7,624 nt of DNA from Paraspadella gotoi (Eukaryota > Animalia > Chaetognatha). The notes beneath the pieces are model-generated. The model was not told where the DNA came from. It made no database searches and saw only the letters and a list, made by a program, of their open reading frames with translations. How positions within the stretch are numbered: position 1 is the first letter of the stretch; each line of letters opens with the position of its first letter. Shown piece after piece: positions 6,454 through 7,624 of the stretch. Where the stretch lies: NCBI GenBank assembly GCA_051294375.1, contig JBJCIZ010000632.1, positions 1-7,624 on the forward strand. The letters run 5' to 3'. The translations under genes and the position numbers were made by a program.

Positions 6454-7545
6454 TCAATCTAATCTTTTTAACTTTACAAAACACTCTTTTATACTCTGAC
6501 TTTCAGTCTTTTTCCTTCTTTTTCTTTCCGTTTCTTCACTATCGGAAACGATGATAATCTCGACGATTTCTTGCGCCTCTTGTGTTAGCTCGCCATCTCC
6601 ATCCGGTTTGTCAATCGCAAAATCTTTATCATCTAGTTTTGTACAATTAGCCTTCATCGCATCATCGGTCGGCCTTTTAGCGGTAGCCTTAATATTCTCT
6701 CCATTTCCTTTCTTAATATTTAACATATTGTCCTTGACCTTCACTTCTTTAATAAAAATATTAGCATTTTCTCCATCTTCAATTCCAACAGTATTCATAG
6801 AATTAGTGACCTTCGCTTTTTTTGTCAACTTTTTTACAATATTTTCAAGTTTTTTGCCGTTTTTAGTATCCCCTTCCGCTTCTTTGTCCCCCTTTACTTC
6901 TTTGATAAAAATTATTTCCGGTTGTTCTATGTAAATGGAATCGCGGTTTAAGGGTTCTATATTTGAAGGAAACAACACGTCTCCCTCATGATCGACGACA
7001 TCTTGTTGACTTTTATTGTTTAACGAATGAAGTTTCTGACTTTTAATCTTTTTTAATTTTTCCTGTATCTCTTTACTAACATCGCATCTTTTACCCTCTC
7101 CCTTTTGTCTTTTGTTCATATAACTTTCCCTAATACATTTGCTATAAAAAGCATTTTGCTTCTCTCTCTCCGTTTTTTCTTTTTTNNNNNNNNNNTCTTT
7201 TAAAAAAACACTCATGCCTAAACTATAGGATATATCTTCCTCCTTTGGTGGTCGACTGGGTATAATAGTTCTATAATTGTTTCTCATCTCATTGATATTA
7301 TCATTGGACCCCATCACAGCCCATTGTAAACTTAACTCCGTCGATCTGTTTGCAGTTGCCCATACTGGCGCAATCACACCAGTATTTATAAGCGCGACTG
7401 AAGTTACCATAACCATAGTCGTCGCCAGTGTCAAATTGCCGCCTTTTTTCCGATCGTCCTTAACATCGTTTTCGTTGCCTCCTTCTGTAAAAAAAAAAAA
7501 ATGGATTGTATTTCTGAGAAAAACTGTTATAATCTTAATATACAA
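6454..7545 (-). CDS. Lys/Glu-rich, probably disordered nuclear protein of unknown function; true start probably internal (ATG at 7314, 7287 or 7215) or spliced (acceptor at 7485/7484)
   Basis: Longest ORF in the window, open for more than 240 codons downstream of the N gap despite AT-rich DNA. The C-terminus has EIVEIIIVSDSEE (SIM-like), RKRRKK (NLS-like) and terminal CFVKLKRLD. IFIKEVK occurs twice. Minus-strand AATAAA signals follow. Frame continuity across the gap at 7186-7195 is unproven. Confidence 0.6.
   Translation of the reverse strand: MYIKIITVFLRNTIHFFFFTEGGNENDVKDDRKKGGNLTLATTMVMVTSVALINTGVIAPVWATANRSTELSLQWAVMGSNDNINEMRNNYRTIIPSRPPKEEDISYSLGMSVFLKXXXXKKEKTEREKQNAFYSKCIRESYMNKRQKGEGKRCDVSKEIQEKLKKIKSQKLHSLNNKSQQDVVDHEGDVLFPSNIEPLNRDSIYIEQPEIIFIKEVKGDKEAEGDTKNGKKLENIVKKLTKKAKVTNSMNTVGIEDGENANIFIKEVKVKDNMLNIKKGNGENIKATAKRPTDDAMKANCTKLDDKDFAIDKPDGDGELTQEAQEIVEIIIVSDSEETERKRRKKTESQSIKECFVKLKRLD
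7186..7195. other. Assembly gap (10 N)
   Basis: Run of n characters within a T-rich tract. Confidence 1.
7301..7459 (-). CDS. Alternative-frame Cys/aromatic-rich segment (GRSEKRRQFDTGDDYGYGNFSRAYKYWCDCASMGNCKQIDGVKFTMGCDGVQ*), possibly the true C-terminal part of an upstream gene
   Basis: 52 stop-free codons with globular-like composition. One extra A in the A6 run (7449-7444) would join it to the exon start GGNENDVKDDRK at the T-rich acceptor 7485/7484. Confidence 0.3.
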   Translation of the reverse strand, partial: GRSEKRRQFDTGDDYGYGNFSRAYKYWCDCASMGNCKQIDGVKFTMGCDGVQ

Positions 7546-7624
7546 TCTCCGTTTTCTATGATAGTAGCGGGCGCGAGTAACAGTGGTAAAAACGAATTAT
7601 GATTATACGAATATAAAAATAGTA

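Larger units (their letters stand above)
5450..7624. mobile_element. Possible end of an inserted virus-like element (Polinton/Maverick-, adintovirus- or parvovirus-like); boundaries approximate
   Basis: Abrupt switch to AT-rich, microsatellite-poor DNA, a long uninterrupted ORF, poly(A) signals, and a terminal-type repeat/palindrome cluster. No polymerase, integrase, capsid, TIR or TSD could be identified. Confidence 0.35.

Noticed and set aside
6551-6934. 127-aa plus-strand hydrophobic ORF (likewise 7277..7561)
   Set aside because: Antisense shadow of the Lys/Glu-rich minus-strand ORF.
7621-7624. AGTA as a Polinton terminus
   Set aside because: Only four bases at an arbitrary window edge, with no matching inverted terminus or target-site duplication.
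1-7624. tRNA, rRNA, transposase, reverse transcriptase or viral hallmark genes
   Set aside because: No recognisable motifs were found on either strand.

Overview
Intron-containing eukaryotic (very probably animal/invertebrate) genomic DNA, not prokaryotic. Most ORFs in the supplied track are low-complexity artefacts. Left part (1-~5400): CpG-rich exon-like islands separated by homopolymer- and microsatellite-rich introns, with mostly minus-strand splice signals. Splicing by eye gives a Milton/TRAK (trafficking kinesin-binding protein) family coding region. An ATG at 4564 joins over a 46-nt intron to ASLPERLEIVKPLRGRTLQTWRQLRRP (4515-4396), and a later exon (3277-3153) reads PEPGIGQF...LFSLSDFRGEDETDHFS. 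No HAP1_N coiled-coil exons are visible in the window, so this may be a stand-alone Milton-domain mini-protein or a short isoform. Right part (~5450-7624): an AT-rich, virus/Polinton-like block. It holds a duplicated 26-bp double palindrome containing a CRE, about 10 tandem 16-bp repeats containing ETS sites, and a Lys/Glu-rich ORF ending in SIM, NLS and CxVxL-like motifs. No hallmark viral or transposon gene is present, so the identity of this block is inference. Further unidentified minus-strand exon candidates lie at 1-2200. Homology calls rest on recalled sequences and were not searched.
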